DNA of 64,000 nt from Octopus vulgaris (taxonomy: Eukaryota). Of this stretch, positions 10,984 to 24,507 are shown one piece after another. Where the stretch lies: NCBI GenBank assembly GCA_951406725.2, contig OX597815.1:145762001-145826000 (forward strand). Reading direction: 5' to 3'. The notes below the pieces were generated by a model. That model ran no database searches, had not been told where the DNA came from, and saw only the letters and a program-made list of their open reading frames with translations. Position 1 is the stretch's first letter, and every line of letters begins with the position of its first letter. A program made the translations under genes and the position numbers.

Positions 10984-12389
10984 CAAACACATATATATAT
11001 AGATATGCATTTGTGTATGTTTGTACGTACCTTTGTCCGTATATATATATATATACATGCATGCATATATATGTGAGTGTGTATAATTTGTTTTCCCCTT
11101 CTTGAAGAAAGTGTTGTAAATATTTTAAACAGAAGCTGTCCACTAAGACATTTATCGTTAAAATGCTATGTTTACTGAGTGTCACTGAAGTATTATATAT
11201 ATATATTTTTATTTTATCGTATTCTTGTATGTTAGTCGTCCGTACTCTGTTGGAATATAAAAGCGAATGAGGTTGGCGGTTCAGATGATCTAGGCCGTTG
11301 TTCAAGAATGTTTGCAAGAAAGACATCTTTTATGAAGCTCAACCAAGCCAAATATAATGTGACAGTCTTATCAATATATGTTGAAATATCGATAGTGACT
11401 GACCCTTGTTTGTTCACTCATTACAAATAGCAAAACTTCTGGAGTAAAAAAAAACAAAAAACAAGAAAAAGAGCAGACCAATATAATTTAGTTATTTCTT
11501 TCCGCTTTTAAAATCTTCGATTTTTCTTTCGTTCTCTCTCCTGGAATTGTATTTCTACTTATACTTCTGTTGAAGATGTCACTTAAAGTGGCATATTGTG
11601 TTTTTTCATATGTACTTTTTGTTATTGTTATTGTTGTTGTTATTGTTTAGCTGAAATACTTGCATCAAATGGTCAGTACGTATTCCATTTCCAGTTGATG
11701 GCAGTTATAATCATAGACCAATTCCATTAAAGTGGTTTTTCCTTTGTATTCGCAGACATTGCTATTAGTTCTGTAATAGTTTTGTCGCTTTTACTTTAGC
11801 AACACTCCTAATGTACAAAACTAATGTTTTTACAGAGTTTATATATTTCTATGACCGAGGTTAAATATGACCATAGACTGGACACAAATAAGGTCAGTTC
11901 GTGTCCTTTCAATGGGCTTGCTTTTATTCTACTCTTATTGTATATAATCATCGATCTGCGGCCATGCTGGGATACCGTCTGCAATATGTTGTAATCGATT
12001 ATATCGATTTTACTGCTCTACCTGGTAATGATTTAATCATTACCATATGAGATAATTCATTCGGACATTAATAACGCAGGAAATTTTAGTTTCCATGAAC
12101 CAATTCTTACAGCATATTTTTATATAAAGTTATAAATGGTAAATTCAGTTCAGCTCCTATTTCTTTTTCTTTTATATATCACATTCCTTTTACTTCTCTT
12201 TAATGAAGAGCACAACTCAAAATGTGAGATCCTCTTCTATTCCATTGACATATTAATTTTAATTGTACATAATCTTTGGTGTTGTCTCACTATATATCTT
12301 ACGCTTATTACACATTTTACTGGCTTGTCTTGCTCATTTTACAAAAAATGATTCTATATTCTATCTTTTTTATTTTACTAGTGTATTCT

Positions 12390-12395
12390 TATCTG

Positions 12396-12477
<82 letters not shown>

Positions 12478-12523
12478 AATCAGTCTATCTATCAATCAGT
12501 CTATCTATCTATCTGTCTATCTG

Positions 12524-12584
<61 letters not shown>

Positions 12585-12614
12585 AATCAGTCTATCTATC
12601 TATCTGTCTATCTG

Positions 12615-12700
<86 letters not shown>

Positions 12701-12722
12701 GTCTGTCTGTCTGTCTGTCTGT
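12390..12722. repeat. (ATCT)n/(GTCT)n microsatellite
   Basis: Direct reading. Confidence 0.95.
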
Positions 12723-13299
12723 CCATCCCTCTCTCTCTCTATATATATATATGAATACATATAACCTATATAAACACCTGTGTATAAATGTGTAAATATG
12801 TGTGTGTGCATGCGTGTGCGTGTGTGTGCATAATTGGCTGTGCATCAATGGCGTAAAACTTAGCCAATTCATGTCAACGATGCAGGCTACTTACATTAAT
12901 ATTTTTTCCCAGATTCTCCCAAGCGGAAATATTATATACAAAATATAAATCCCAGAAAATGGAATATTTTTATGAGATGCAGAGCAAAGATTTAAAATCA
13001 CTTAAACAGTGAGATGAAAGACAGCGAAGAACTCTTCGAGAAATAGAAAACAACATGAGACAGAGCCATACAAAGGAGAGAGAGACCAGAAAGACAAACG
13101 GAGGCAGTAGAGTATATTTTGCTATGGAATCAATCGCATACATTACAAAGTGAGACCACAACTGGAAAGAGTGAACTCAAAGGGCTGGATAGATTAGTAA
13201 AATCTTCGAGAGTCACCGTAGTAGTTGGCAATCGGTGAACTCTCTGTTCTTCTTAGGAGAAATACAATTATCGTTTATTATTTACATGCTTTAAACAAT

Positions 13300-13487
13300 G
13301 GACTCTGTCCTTACTGGGGCACCGCCTTGAAGACTTTAGTCAAATAAAATCAATGCTAGTACTTATTTTAAAACCCGGTACTTATTCTATCGCTCCATTT
13401 GCCGAACCGATAATCTATGGGGAAGTAAACAAACCAACACCGATCGTCAAATGATTGCAGTGGACAGATACACACATGCACTCACAT

Positions 13488-13526
<39 letters not shown>

Positions 13527-13680
13527 CACGCGACGGGCTTATTTTAGTTATCATCTACCATATCCACTCACATGTCTCTGATCAGGTGGGGCTATAGTAG
13601 AAGACATTTGCCCAACGTACCATGCATTAGGACTGAACCCAGAGCCATGTGGTTTGGAAGCAAGCTTTTAATTCACACAA
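13300..13680 (-). mobile_element. SINE family A, diverged
   Basis: GGCTATAGTAGAAGACATTTGCCCAA...GGACTGAACCC. Confidence 0.8.
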
Positions 13681-13689
13681 TTTTATTTT

Positions 13690-14043
13690 GTTTTAGTTGC
13701 CCTCGATCGAAATCTGAGATTCTCCTTTCAACTATTATCTTCATCCTGTTCGCTTCATTTCCGTTGTCAGGAACTGCATAAACATCGTAAACATTCATTA
13801 GTATCTCGTACGAAGGACATGTTGATTTGTGCCAAAAAATTAAAGTTAAAAATCGAGCAATGTCGCGCAGGGAAACATTCTGAGGAAATGAAAAAAATCC
13901 ATAAGGTACAAATTAAAATTATGGCAAAAATATAACAAAACAGTGTGGTTTCTTCCACTAGAAGTCGACGCATTTTATAACGACTATTATCAAAATGGCG
14001 TCTGGCAGAAATTCTCGCGACGTAAAACTTAGTAATATAAGAT
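13690..14043 (-). mobile_element. Possible Helitron-like 5' end fragment
   Basis: Minus strand begins A|TCTTATATTACTAAG followed by CpG-rich sequence. No 3' CTRR/hairpin confirmed. Confidence 0.3.
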
Positions 14044-14419
14044 ATTGATAGTACATAATTATATTCTCATGGCATGATGGCGTTGATAAAACAGTATATA
14101 GTTTAACCGAGTCCTACTCTATTAATGCGTTGCCATCGCCATTTGTGTTTATCAGAGTATGGCCATATAATAAAATAAGTCTTAGAACGTCAGTTTGCAG
14201 TCGATGTTGGACATAGCAGGAAGTTCAGGAACTGATAGGAAGTGTAAGCGTTATCTGAGAACGGTGAAATGGTTGTTGTGGAAGAGATTAATGAGTTATT
14301 TGCGACTATAATACATCGATCGATGGTTTAAAGCACTAATTGACAGAAAGCCACACTACATTAAGTAAACGATCCTTCTTACGTGTATATATATATATAG
14401 AGAGAGGGAGAGAGAGAGA

Positions 14420-14718
14420 GGTGAAGGCGTATGAATCAGTGGTTAAGGTGTTGCACTTACGATTGCGATATCGTGGGTTCGATTCCCAGACCAGGCGTTG
14501 CTTTGTGTTATTGAGCAAAGCACTTCATTTCACGTTGCTGTGCGATCATTTCGTCATCTGACATGTGGCACCCGTTGCAGTTGTACAGGTAATATCGATT
14601 TGATCGAGGGAGTGAGCTAATGTGTAAACAAACATTTGACCACTATAAACAAATCAACTGTGTGGCTGTACGGTAAGAAATTGTAAAACCCTCATACGTC
14701 GTCTAACGATGGGAGAGT

Positions 14719-14724
<6 letters not shown>
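14420..14724 (+). mobile_element. SINE family D
   Basis: tRNA-like head (CAGTGGTTAAGG...GGGTTCGATTCCC); colinear with 55924-56225. Confidence 0.8.
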
Positions 14725-14789
<65 letters not shown>

Positions 14790-14867
14790 ATAAATATTAG
14801 GGAATAAATCCAAATTTACAGGAAAAAAATCAGATTTAGGATTAAATCCAATTTTATAGTAAAATAT

Positions 14868-15146
14868 TATATAATATTAATTAGAGACAAAACCACTATT
14901 TTGCAAAACAAACAAGGAAAGACTTAATCAATACATAAAATTTTAATAAAAAGTAAAAAAACCGCCACTACAATTGTTTCATGTCTTGATCGACAATCTT
15001 CAGGTGGATTTCCGGAAATCCACCTGAAGATTGTCGATCAAGACATGAAACAATTGTAGTGGCGGTTTTTTTACTTTTTATTAAAATTTTATGTATTGAT
15101 TAAGTCTTTCCTTGTTTGTTTTGCAAAATAGTGGTTTTGTCTCTAA

Positions 15147-15159
<13 letters not shown>
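14868..15159. repeat. Perfect 292-bp spacerless palindrome (PLE terminal repeat, head-to-head)
   Basis: Centre GATTTCC|GGAAATC at 15013/15014; arms 146 bp. The left arm continues to ~14785. Both ends run into (TA)n. Confidence 0.95.
15020..15062 (+). ncRNA. Type I hammerhead motif (mirror copy on minus strand at 14965-15007)
   Basis: CCAC | CTGAAGA | T TGTC gatcaa GACA T | GAAAC aatt GTA | GTGG. Core intact, GUA triplet, palindromic stem III. Confidence 0.75.
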
Positions 15160-15214
<55 letters not shown>

Positions 15215-15259
15215 CGTTTTCGGATTTGGTTTGCAGCAGCTTGGACCATTGTGGAATGA

Positions 15260-15442
15260 CTAAATGAACATTTGAGACAATATGACGACAAAATACAGTC
15301 CTCCATACTCTACCAACATGAAATCAAATTGGGTCAGCTAGACATCCGGATCTTATCCAAGCACCCAAATGACACAACACTCAGACAAATACGGGAGTAT
15401 GTCCTCATAAATGAAACTTCCCCAATACTAAATAGGAAATAC
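15260..15442 (+). mobile_element. PLE GIY-YIG C-terminal remnant
   Basis: Manual translation LNEHLRQYDDKIQSSILYQHEIKLGQLDIRILSKHPNDTTLRQIREYVLINETSPILNRK (R..EH, RQI.E..I....P.LNRK). Confidence 0.7.
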
Positions 15443-16136
15443 ACATAGTCGATATCATACCCCCCACACCCACAGTTTACACAGGTAAAGTAGAATAGTT
15501 AATGGGTTGTTATGTAGATAGATGTATGTATGTGTATATATATATATATATAACTTATAAATGAGGGCAAACCTAATGATAGGTTTGCAGTATCAGGGTT
15601 GATTTCAGGCTAAATAACAATAACATTATGGTAAATTTCTATATTAAGACCCGCACGATTTTCACTGAGAGAAAATAAAACAAACAAAAAAATAGGTTTT
15701 GTGCGTGGAATCAAGTACCCTGACCTCCTAATATGCTGCAAATTCCTTGTTTTGGTTCCGAAAAAATTAAGTGGCGGGGTTCCTCCAATCCCGGAATGAT
15801 TGGAAAATTTTTTTCGTTGAATGAATTCCTCTGACCTAATATTGCAAAATTAGGTTACTTAAGGTAAGCTTGGTAACTGATGGTATTGGGGTCTTGTTTG
15901 TAACTTTTGGTGAGCCATGGTGCAATCAGCATGGTCAAAATCCCTGCCATTAATTTGGTGTGGATGGGTAATATCAAATAATTCAGTCACGACATATATT
16001 TAAATTATACATGAAAGAAAATTGAAATATTGTCATCACTTACATGAAAAAATTGAAATATTATCTTTCAATATTTTATCAATTGACACATTATTAATTA
16101 TCTTATAACAACAATGCCTGGAAAAATTATGGATTA

Positions 16137-16333
16137 CATGGAAAAATGCGAGCATGAAAAGTAATATTCTTAAGATTATAAACCTGGAAAAGTACAGGAC
16201 AAGTTATTACACCTGAAAAAGTATAGGGCAAACTATTACTTAAAGTAATGAATAAGAAAGTTTTTACTTGAAATATTGCAGCTAAAATTAAAATTTGAAT
16301 ATTAAAACTTATTTTATAATAGTTTAAAAATGA

Positions 16334-16366
<33 letters not shown>

Positions 16367-16947
16367 AGGGAAGGATTGGAAAATATTAGCTTTATAAGTC
16401 CTAAAATTCACTCCATATCTGCCCACGGGCATATGGCGTAGTGGTTAAGAGCTACTAACCCCAAGATTACGAGGAAGTGACCTGAACAAAAATAACATCG
16501 GAAAATACCTTAGGAATAATAATTTGCCCAAGACACCCGACGAAACGTTGTGTTAGCAACAAACAAGATAAGGACAAATATCGTCAAATGTAAATAAAGT
16601 ACGTAACTCCTCATCTCTTAAATATAGAACTGTAGCACTATACTTATTTAAGTAGAAGTTGGTTAATTTACTACCTTAAATACAGAAAAAAAGTGACTAA
16701 TTAGATAAACTTACTAATTAGCTGAACAGTTTTGTTCAATAAATTTGAAAGATGAGAACTGTAAAGAGTGATAAATTAGAAGAACTGGCATTCTTTGCTG
16801 CAATATTTTAAGCAAAAAGTTTCTTATTCTTTACTTTACTAGAAGTAATAGCTTGTCTTATACTTTTACAGGTGTAATATCTTGTCCTGTAGTTTTCCAG
16901 GTTTATAATCTGAAGAATATTACTTTTCATGTTCGCATTTTTCCATG
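16137..16947. mobile_element. MITE with ~150-bp TIRs and TA flanks, containing a SINE E insertion
   Basis: TA|CATGGAAAAATGCGAGCATGAAAAGTAATATTC... (16133-16285) is the rc of 16795-16951. Confidence 0.8.
16413..16632 (+). mobile_element. SINE family E, internally deleted
   Basis: GGGCATATGGCGTAGTGGTTAAGAG head; tail CTCATCTCTTAAATATAGAACTG; hammerhead stem II deleted. Confidence 0.85.
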
Positions 16948-17319
16948 TAATATAACATTGCCCATCATATTTAATGGTTTCAAGCTATTGAATGTAACTG
17001 TATGGTAGCTATTTAGTGCAGATCCTGCAAAAAGCATACAGGCTTTATTGTAGGGTATGGAAGGGAGTTCTGCACAGATGCCGGGAGAAAGAAACAAATG
17101 CACATCGTCTAAAACGAATTCAGAACCAGCGGCGAACAAAATGATGAAGGAAGAATCCGCCCTTATAGTAGTATTAAATGATGCAGAGAAAGAGTGAGCG
17201 TGTCTACAAATCAGTGCTTGCAGTGTACTGGTATGTGTTTATTTACGATCAGTCGGGCGGTTTTGTTTAGAAGCAGTTTTAAATGCTTTCGTGAAGTAGA
17301 AGAATCGTTGTCTCAGATT

Positions 17320-17512
17320 ATTGGTTTCAAATTTTGAAACAAGGCCATCAATTTCGGGCGAGGGAGTAAGGTGATTACATCGATCTCATTGTTTAACTGT
17401 TACTTATTTTATCGGCTCCGGTGACATTTGAACTCAAGACATAAAAATGGACAAAAAAACTACTAAGCGTTTCACTACTGATTCTAACGACTCGCTGCCA
17501 ACTCGCTGCCTT
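17320..17512 (-). mobile_element. SINE family B, diverged
   Basis: GATTACATCGA...TACTTATTTTATCG...TTTGAACTCA. Confidence 0.7.
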
Positions 17513-17701
17513 AAATTATTAAGCGACAAATGCTAAGGGATGTAGAGTTCTCTGGTTCTAAACAGGAAGCCTTTGTAAGCAGTTTTTACAATTCATTTTT
17601 ATGCATCAGTGTAGACCCCGTGACTCGTGAACAGAATCTGGAAGGATTGGAATCTACAGTGTTCAAATGAAGGAAAGCTGTTTAAAAAGAGTGTTGTAAT
17701 T

Positions 17702-17952
17702 CAGTTCTATATTTAAGAGATGAAGAATTATGTACATTATTTACATTATTTACATTTGATGGATATTTGTCCTCATCAGGTGTCTTGGGGAAATTTCGAA
17801 CCTGGGTTCTCATTCCTAAGGTATTTTTCTATATTATTATTATTATTATTATTACTATTATTATTATTATTATTATTTATCAGGTCACTGCCTGGAATCG
17901 AACTCGGAATTTTGGGGTTAGTAGCCCGCGCTGTTAACCATTACGCCATATG
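17702..17952 (-). mobile_element. SINE family E (A box, B box, internal (AAT)n)
   Basis: rc CATATGGCGTAATGGTTAACAGCGCGGGCTACTAACCCCAAAATTCCGAGTTCGATTCC. Most of the hammerhead is deleted between two GATGA words. Confidence 0.88.
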
Positions 17953-18542
17953 TAAATAATGTAAAGTGTTGTAATTATTGCATATTGAGATATGTTTACC
18001 AGCAGTGCGAAATTACTGTCGAAAATATACTGAAGTCAATAAAATGTTGGTAGGACCTTCAGCAAGTTTCACACATCCATCAGTCTGATTTGATACGAAT
18101 TTATTGAATCTGAAAGGATGAAAGGCGAGATTTGAGCCAAGAGCGCAGAGATAAGGAAGAAACACTGAGGAGCATTCTATTCGCGCTTCTAAAGATTCTG
18201 CTAACGTACCGATGAAATTGATTGAAGAAACACTGCCTATCAAAGAGATAACTGACAGATGGAATCTGTTCGTTTCTAATTAACTGAAAGTTTTAAATGT
18301 CGCACAGAACTGGTCAAAGTTTCTACGCATTGCAAGATACAGAAATAGCTATGGTTCCAATTAAGTTCTCAAAAGTGGAACCAACATATGTGAGACGTGA
18401 AAAAGCAGTGGGTATTATTTATCTCCAAAAATAGTCAAGAAATCCTTGCAAGGTTTCTCTTTCTGTATTGGTATTCAAAAGAATGGCCAATGTTACATTT
18501 GAACATCTAATTGCATCTCCAGTCTACAATAATGTCCCGTAT

Positions 18543-18768
18543 AAAGGTGGCGAGCTGGCAGCAATGTTAGCGCGCCGGGCGAAACGCTTAGTTGTATTTC
18601 TTCTGTCTTTACGTTCTGAGTTAAAATTCTGCCGAGGTCGATTTTGCCTTTCATCCTTTCGGGGTCGATAAATTAATTATCAGTTGCGTACTGGGGTCGA
18701 TCTAATCGACTGCCCCCTCCCCACAAAAAAAATTTCGGGCCTTGTGCCTAGAGTAGAAAAGATTATTA
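18543..18768 (+). mobile_element. SINE family B, full length
   Basis: AAGGTGGCGAGCTGGCAG...TTCATCCTTTCGGGGTCGATAA...GGCCTTGTGCCTAGAGTAGAAAAG. Confidence 0.88.
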
Positions 18769-19636
18769 CAACACGTGTTCGACTATTGTACTCTCGAAGG
18801 AATTCGGCCTCGTTGTCTTCTGGATGGTTATTCTTGCCTGATGCAGTAACCATAGACGACACATACAGACTCTCAGTCAGACAACAAAGGAGTGGAAAGA
18901 GATGATACTAACCTGTAGAGAGAGATACCAAATTGAGAGAAAAGACATTATAATGACGAAGAGATATACTTAACACCTATTATAATGTGACTAAAATTAT
19001 GAGTTATCTAAGCCACAGTTTGTTAACGGACTCAGTCCGTTGCTAAGACCACTGGTCTTTAGGCGAGCAAATGTAACACCATCTCAAAAATTTTTAAATG
19101 TTAGTGAAAAAACAAAGTAGAATTTGCATTCTTATAAATCTTTCTTCGCCTTCGTTTTGAACAGGTTTAAAATATTTTAGACCATTTACATCTGATTAAA
19201 CATGGCCATTTGCTTGCCTATTTTTCAATCCTCATAAACCCGCAAGGGGCTGTGAGGGTTTTGCTAACTCCTAAGATAAATTCTACCCAGGGATATTATC
19301 ATGAGAAATATTTATCATAACTAAACAATGTCATCCTAAGACTACTTCTTGTCGACAAGTTCCATAAATCCGGAGTTTTCAAGGTGTTTAGGCTGGGAGT
19401 ACAGTGCACCTCAACTCACCGTCACGGACGGGACGTCAGTTATGCGCGCAATTAATCACGTTTAGTAAGTGTATTGGACCAACCTGAAGTGGATAAAGAG
19501 GGCAGCGGTATCAAATTCCCCCTCCACCAAAAGCCAATCCCATAGAATTGGTCAATTAAGATGGCGGTGCCCCAATATGGCCACAGCCTCAGAGCTGAAA
19601 TCTATAAAATAAAAAAAAATATATATGTTTACTTAC

Positions 19637-19848
19637 TTCTTTTGTTCAATTTCTTTTCGAACTTTACAAGGAACAGCATTGCTCGAACATTTATCCGACT
19701 CCATGTCCTGGTAGCGCACATACGGTATTTCCTCAAGAGTAACAACTCGCATGAAAAATCTGTCGGGTTTACCAATTGGTGGGGATGTGGAATTTCCTGG
19801 CCAGATGATATCATGCATTTTCAAACCATTATTGTCCCATTTACCTAC
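19637..19848 (-). CDS. GRIN2: Exon of GluN2-like subunit (ATD-S1 junction, start of ligand-binding S1)
   Basis: tttatattgtag|GTA GGT AAA TGG...CAA AAG AA|gtaagt, 212 nt, phase 0 to 2. Translates VGKWDNNGLKMHDIIWPGNSTSPPIGKPDRFFMRVVTLEEIPYVRYQDMESDKCSSNAVPCKVRKEIEQK. DI.WPG...PP.G.P, VVTLEE.P.V and C...VPC are NR2 hallmarks. Overlaps track ORF 19633..19824 in frame. Confidence 0.93.
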
Positions 19849-19910
19849 CTACAATATAAAATGTAACAAAATATTTAATATTTACTTGTGCGAAAAGTAG
19901 AAATATAAAT

Positions 19911-19961
<51 letters not shown>

Positions 19962-20021
19962 ATTTATAAATGTTCTAGAATCTTTACAACCTTGGATTTT
20001 TATCTCATTCTGTAAAAAATG

Positions 20022-20106
<85 letters not shown>

Positions 20107-20340
20107 CAAATTTATAGGAACAAGTGATATTATATATGTATATGCATATATCTTCTTACTGACATAGAATGTAAACACTTATCATTATAGCATAACATTG
20201 AACATTATCACTAACTATTTAGTCATGATTAACATAAGCGAAACCTGTCGCATATTCCTGAGCATTCTGCATCCTTTTATACATACGGACATACATACAT
20301 ATATATATATAAATTCATACATACATACACTGATACCCCC

Positions 20341-20389
<49 letters not shown>

Positions 20390-20469
20390 TATATATTTGT
20401 ATATCTACGAGGTAGGGTGCTGAAAATTCCTGCCTTTGGGTATATGTATATAACAAGAAATTTTATCAT

Positions 20470-20705
20470 TAGAATCGGCGGATTGGCAGAACTGTTGCAG
20501 TGTCGGAAAGAATACGTTCTGACATTTAGCTACAACTTTTGAAGTTCCGAGCTCAAATCTTGTCGCGGTCAACTTTCCCTTTCATTATTTCCCGTTCGAT
20601 AAAATAAAGTATCCTTAAAACAAAGTACCCATAAAATAAAGTACCTGTCAAGTACTCTATACGATTTAGTCTACTAGTATTCGCCAATGAAATTTCAGGA
20701 TTTCT
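20470..20705 (+). mobile_element. SINE family B, strongly diverged
   Basis: GGCGGATTGGCAGAA...GGTCAACTTTCCCTTTCAT...TCGATAAAATAAAGTA. Confidence 0.6.
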
Positions 20706-20819
20706 GCCCTTGTTAACCCCGTAACCAGGTAAGTTAAGTAAATATTTTGCATAGAAATAAATGCATAGAAATTCATATCCAAAATATTTACAACGGTGAA
20801 AAACTTGTGGCAATAACTG

Positions 20820-21425
20820 CAGTATTTTCCGTTGATAGAGGCATGGTGTTAGGTTAAATAAAAGTTCCTATGTAAACAAGTGGACGTGGAAAGACTGTTC
20901 CACAAACCGAAAATTTTAGCATCAATGGTCTCTCTTGTTCCAGTAAATAAGTGCTACAAATAATTAAGGACTGATAAAAATATATCATACAAAGGTACTA
21001 CGAATAAGGGTAAAGTAACCAAAGAATTATACAACAGACTTCAAAAAGATATTCTTACTCAAATATCTATCAAGTGCAGATATAATAGTCATAATATAGT
21101 TATTTCGGGTATAAAGACAAAAGGCTTGTTGAATCATAGAGGCTGGTTGTCCAGCAGATGAGCAAATCTAGTTTGAAAATAGCAAAAAAGGCGGTTATGG
21201 ACAATTATTTCGAAACCTGCAACTCCTTTACTCAACGAATATAGTGAATAATTATAAAATTTCTGTCATTCCAATAATCATTGGTGTATTCGGTTATGTT
21301 TCTAAAAATCTAAGCGTTAAAAGTGGAGGATGAAGTTTCAACCAGAGAAAAAGCCTGGTTAACAAATTTTACAGATATAATCTGAAACTGGAACAATAAA
21401 AATAAGCAACACACTCTTAAAGTAA
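20820..21425 (+). mobile_element. R4/Dong-like (RLE) LINE 3' remnant
   Basis: Decayed DIIV...GCPAD...RNLQLLY...PIIIGVFGYV motifs; related to 25990-26830. Confidence 0.6.
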
Positions 21426-21712
21426 CACCCATCGTCGTTATTCAAATTCAAGCGATGAAGCTTTTCTTTCTTTACTAGCAACCAGTTTCTCCATTCAAGA
21501 AACATTTCCAATAAATATTTTAGAAGAAAAAAAGACATCCGTCCGCCCATCCGTACATGTGTTGCGCGCGCGCATACACACAAATACACACACACACACA
21601 TGTATACACACATGCACACTTGCTTATATACACAGTTACACTTATATTTACATAAGATGCACTCCGAGATAAAAATAGTCAATGGTTGAGAAACTGCACC
21701 TTCAATTCCTTT

Positions 21713-21809
<97 letters not shown>

Positions 21810-22002
21810 ATGTGTATATGTGCATACGCGTTTGTTTGTGCATATATGTATATATATATACTGTAAATTTAGAGTGAATACTTGATAAGTGTAAGCATAT
21901 ATATATATATTCCTTCACATACACATATTCTGCATGGTAAATCACTACCCTATTAGAGACATCATATCCGTCATATTAGTTAATCTCTCATCTCTCTCTC
22001 CC

Positions 22003-22045
<43 letters not shown>

Positions 22046-22760
22046 CTCTGTCTTCCATTATCTCTCTTTACTCTGTTTTTCTCTCTTTGACTGCGATTCT
22101 CCACCTCTGTTCTTTCCCCCGCCCCCCGTTTTTATATCATTTTTAGCAATGACGTACAAACACATTATCTTCAAACACACATTAACATATCTTCACACAT
22201 ACATGTACACACGCATATTCACCCCCACCCCACCCCACACCGCATACAATCTAATAATCACACGCTTTCATATACTCCTACGCACATTTATACACACACA
22301 TTTCTGCCCCCACCACTCGTAACTATTATCCGTGTCTCATTTCCTCCGCCCTCATCTTTTAAAGTCTTTTATTTCTACAGTATTCACATTAAGATCAACA
22401 CGAGACTTCTCAAACGTGTTCGTCCATTTATAATCGAGGCGAAACACATTTGGAAACCACTCCAGACTCTGAGTAGGTTATCGAAATCACGTCAGGAGCT
22501 TTTGGAATCGCTATTAAATTTATAATATCGGAGCTGTTATCACTAAGTGGTCTGTAGTTTTCTTTCCACTAATGTAATACTGTTAGAGCTGGACGAAGTG
22601 TATAAAGTATTAAAATATAAAAGAAATCAATATGTGACAGAATTCGTTATACTTTTCTTTCAATCTTTTCCGTCTTTCGCTCAATCATTGTTTCTATATT
22701 ACTTTTATTGGTCATTTTTGCATTCAGCCGATTGATATATTCTTTTTTAACTATCATCTA

Positions 22761-22824
<64 letters not shown>

Positions 22825-22875
22825 CTTGTCTGTCTGCCCGTTTGCCTGCTGCCTGCCTGCCTGCCTGCCTATCTA

Positions 22876-22918
<43 letters not shown>

Positions 22919-22973
22919 AACTATCTATCTATATATTCATATATACATGTATATGTATATATATATATACGTA

Positions 22974-23060
<87 letters not shown>

Positions 23061-23080
23061 TTATATATATAATCTATATT

Positions 23081-23114
<34 letters not shown>

Positions 23115-24050
23115 ATATTGTGTGTGTGTATGTTTGTATTTATATATATTTATCGATCGATCAACCTGTCTATATTTACCATCTTTATGCTATGTGCTGT
23201 ATGTATGTATGTGTGTGTGTGTGTGTATAATCTGTCATTCGATTTCTTTCACTCGTTCCCTCTATTTATCTACTTATCCACCTTTATACCTGCCTACCTA
23301 CCTACATGTCTGCCTGCCTGCCTGCCTGCCTACCTGCCAACCTGCTTACCTGCCTATCTATCCATCTATCTGGATACAAACATAGAGAAACAGGTATGCA
23401 CACACAAATGAAAGTGTACGTACGCACATACTTATATAACATACATAAACACACACACATTTAAATACATACATTCACGCACGCATATATACACACGTAT
23501 ATAATATTTTCTATTCTTTACTATCTATACCATTTTCTATTTCGATTTCGTTCTCCTTATATTCAGGAGGGAGTGAAAGACAGATGGTGGTGGTGTACGG
23601 TGGTGGTGGTGGTGTTGGGTGTTAAAAAGAGGAAATTATTCTTGTATTATTTTGCTATTCCCATTCAGTTCTCTCTTGTATTGCTAATGATCAAATCTTA
23701 AACCTATTGAGAGATGGACGAAGAGAAAACATAGTCTTATTCAAACATTTCGAAAAGCAATAACTCCAAATACACACACACACGCACACAGACAGAGGCA
23801 CACACACACACACACGCACACACACACACCACACATACACACATACACGCACGCGCACAGATACACACAGATACACACAGATCCGCACGCAAACGTACGT
23901 ACGTGTGCATAAGTACGTTCATATATATATATATATATCCGTACATGCATGAATACATATTTATAAATCTCTATATAAGTGTGTATATAAGTACACACAC
24001 ATATATACACTTATACACAATACATACAATTATATATATATATATATATA

Positions 24051-24430
24051 GGCGCAGGAGTGGCTGTGTGGTAAGTAGCTTGCTAACCAACCACACAGTT
24101 GCGGGTTCAGTCCCACTGCGTGGCATCTTGGGCAAGTGTCTTCTACTATAGCCCCGGGCCGACCAATGCCTTGTGAGTGGATTTGGTAGACGGAAACTGA
24201 AAGAAGCCTGTCGTATATATGTATATATATGTATATGTGTGTGTTTGTGTGTCTGTGTTTGTGTTTGTCCCCCTAGCATTGCTTGACAACCGATGCTGGT
24301 GTGTTTACGTCCCCGTCACTTAGCGGTTCGGCAAAAAGAGACCGATAGAATAAGTACTAAAAGGTGGTGCTCCAGCATGGCCGCAGTCAAAAATGACTGA
24401 AACAAGTAAAAGAGTAAAAGAGTAAAGAGT
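24051..24430 (+). mobile_element. SINE family A, short internal deletion
   Basis: Colinear with 1619-2013; sits in a (TA)n context. Confidence 0.92.
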
Positions 24431-24460
24431 ATATGTGTGTGTGTGTGTGTGAGTGTGTAA

Positions 24461-24507
<47 letters not shown>

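Noticed and set aside
11565-11600. CTGTTGA-A followed by a TGTCAC/GTGGCA hairpin
   Set aside because: No GAAA or cleavage triplet follows.
17880-17952. tRNA genes in the SINE heads (families A, C, D, E)
   Set aside because: A and B boxes are present but there is no downstream acceptor-stem closure, and each continues into a repeated SINE body.
18780-18920. Strong-looking minus-strand acceptor (CTCTCTACAG) as the next GluN2 exon
   Set aside because: In the required phase 2 the frame stops after about 13 codons and lacks the expected CC.G.CID motif.
20406-20442. Mariner-like TIR starts (TACGAGG...) here and at 5837
   Set aside because: No partner TIR or transposase found nearby, so not called as elements.
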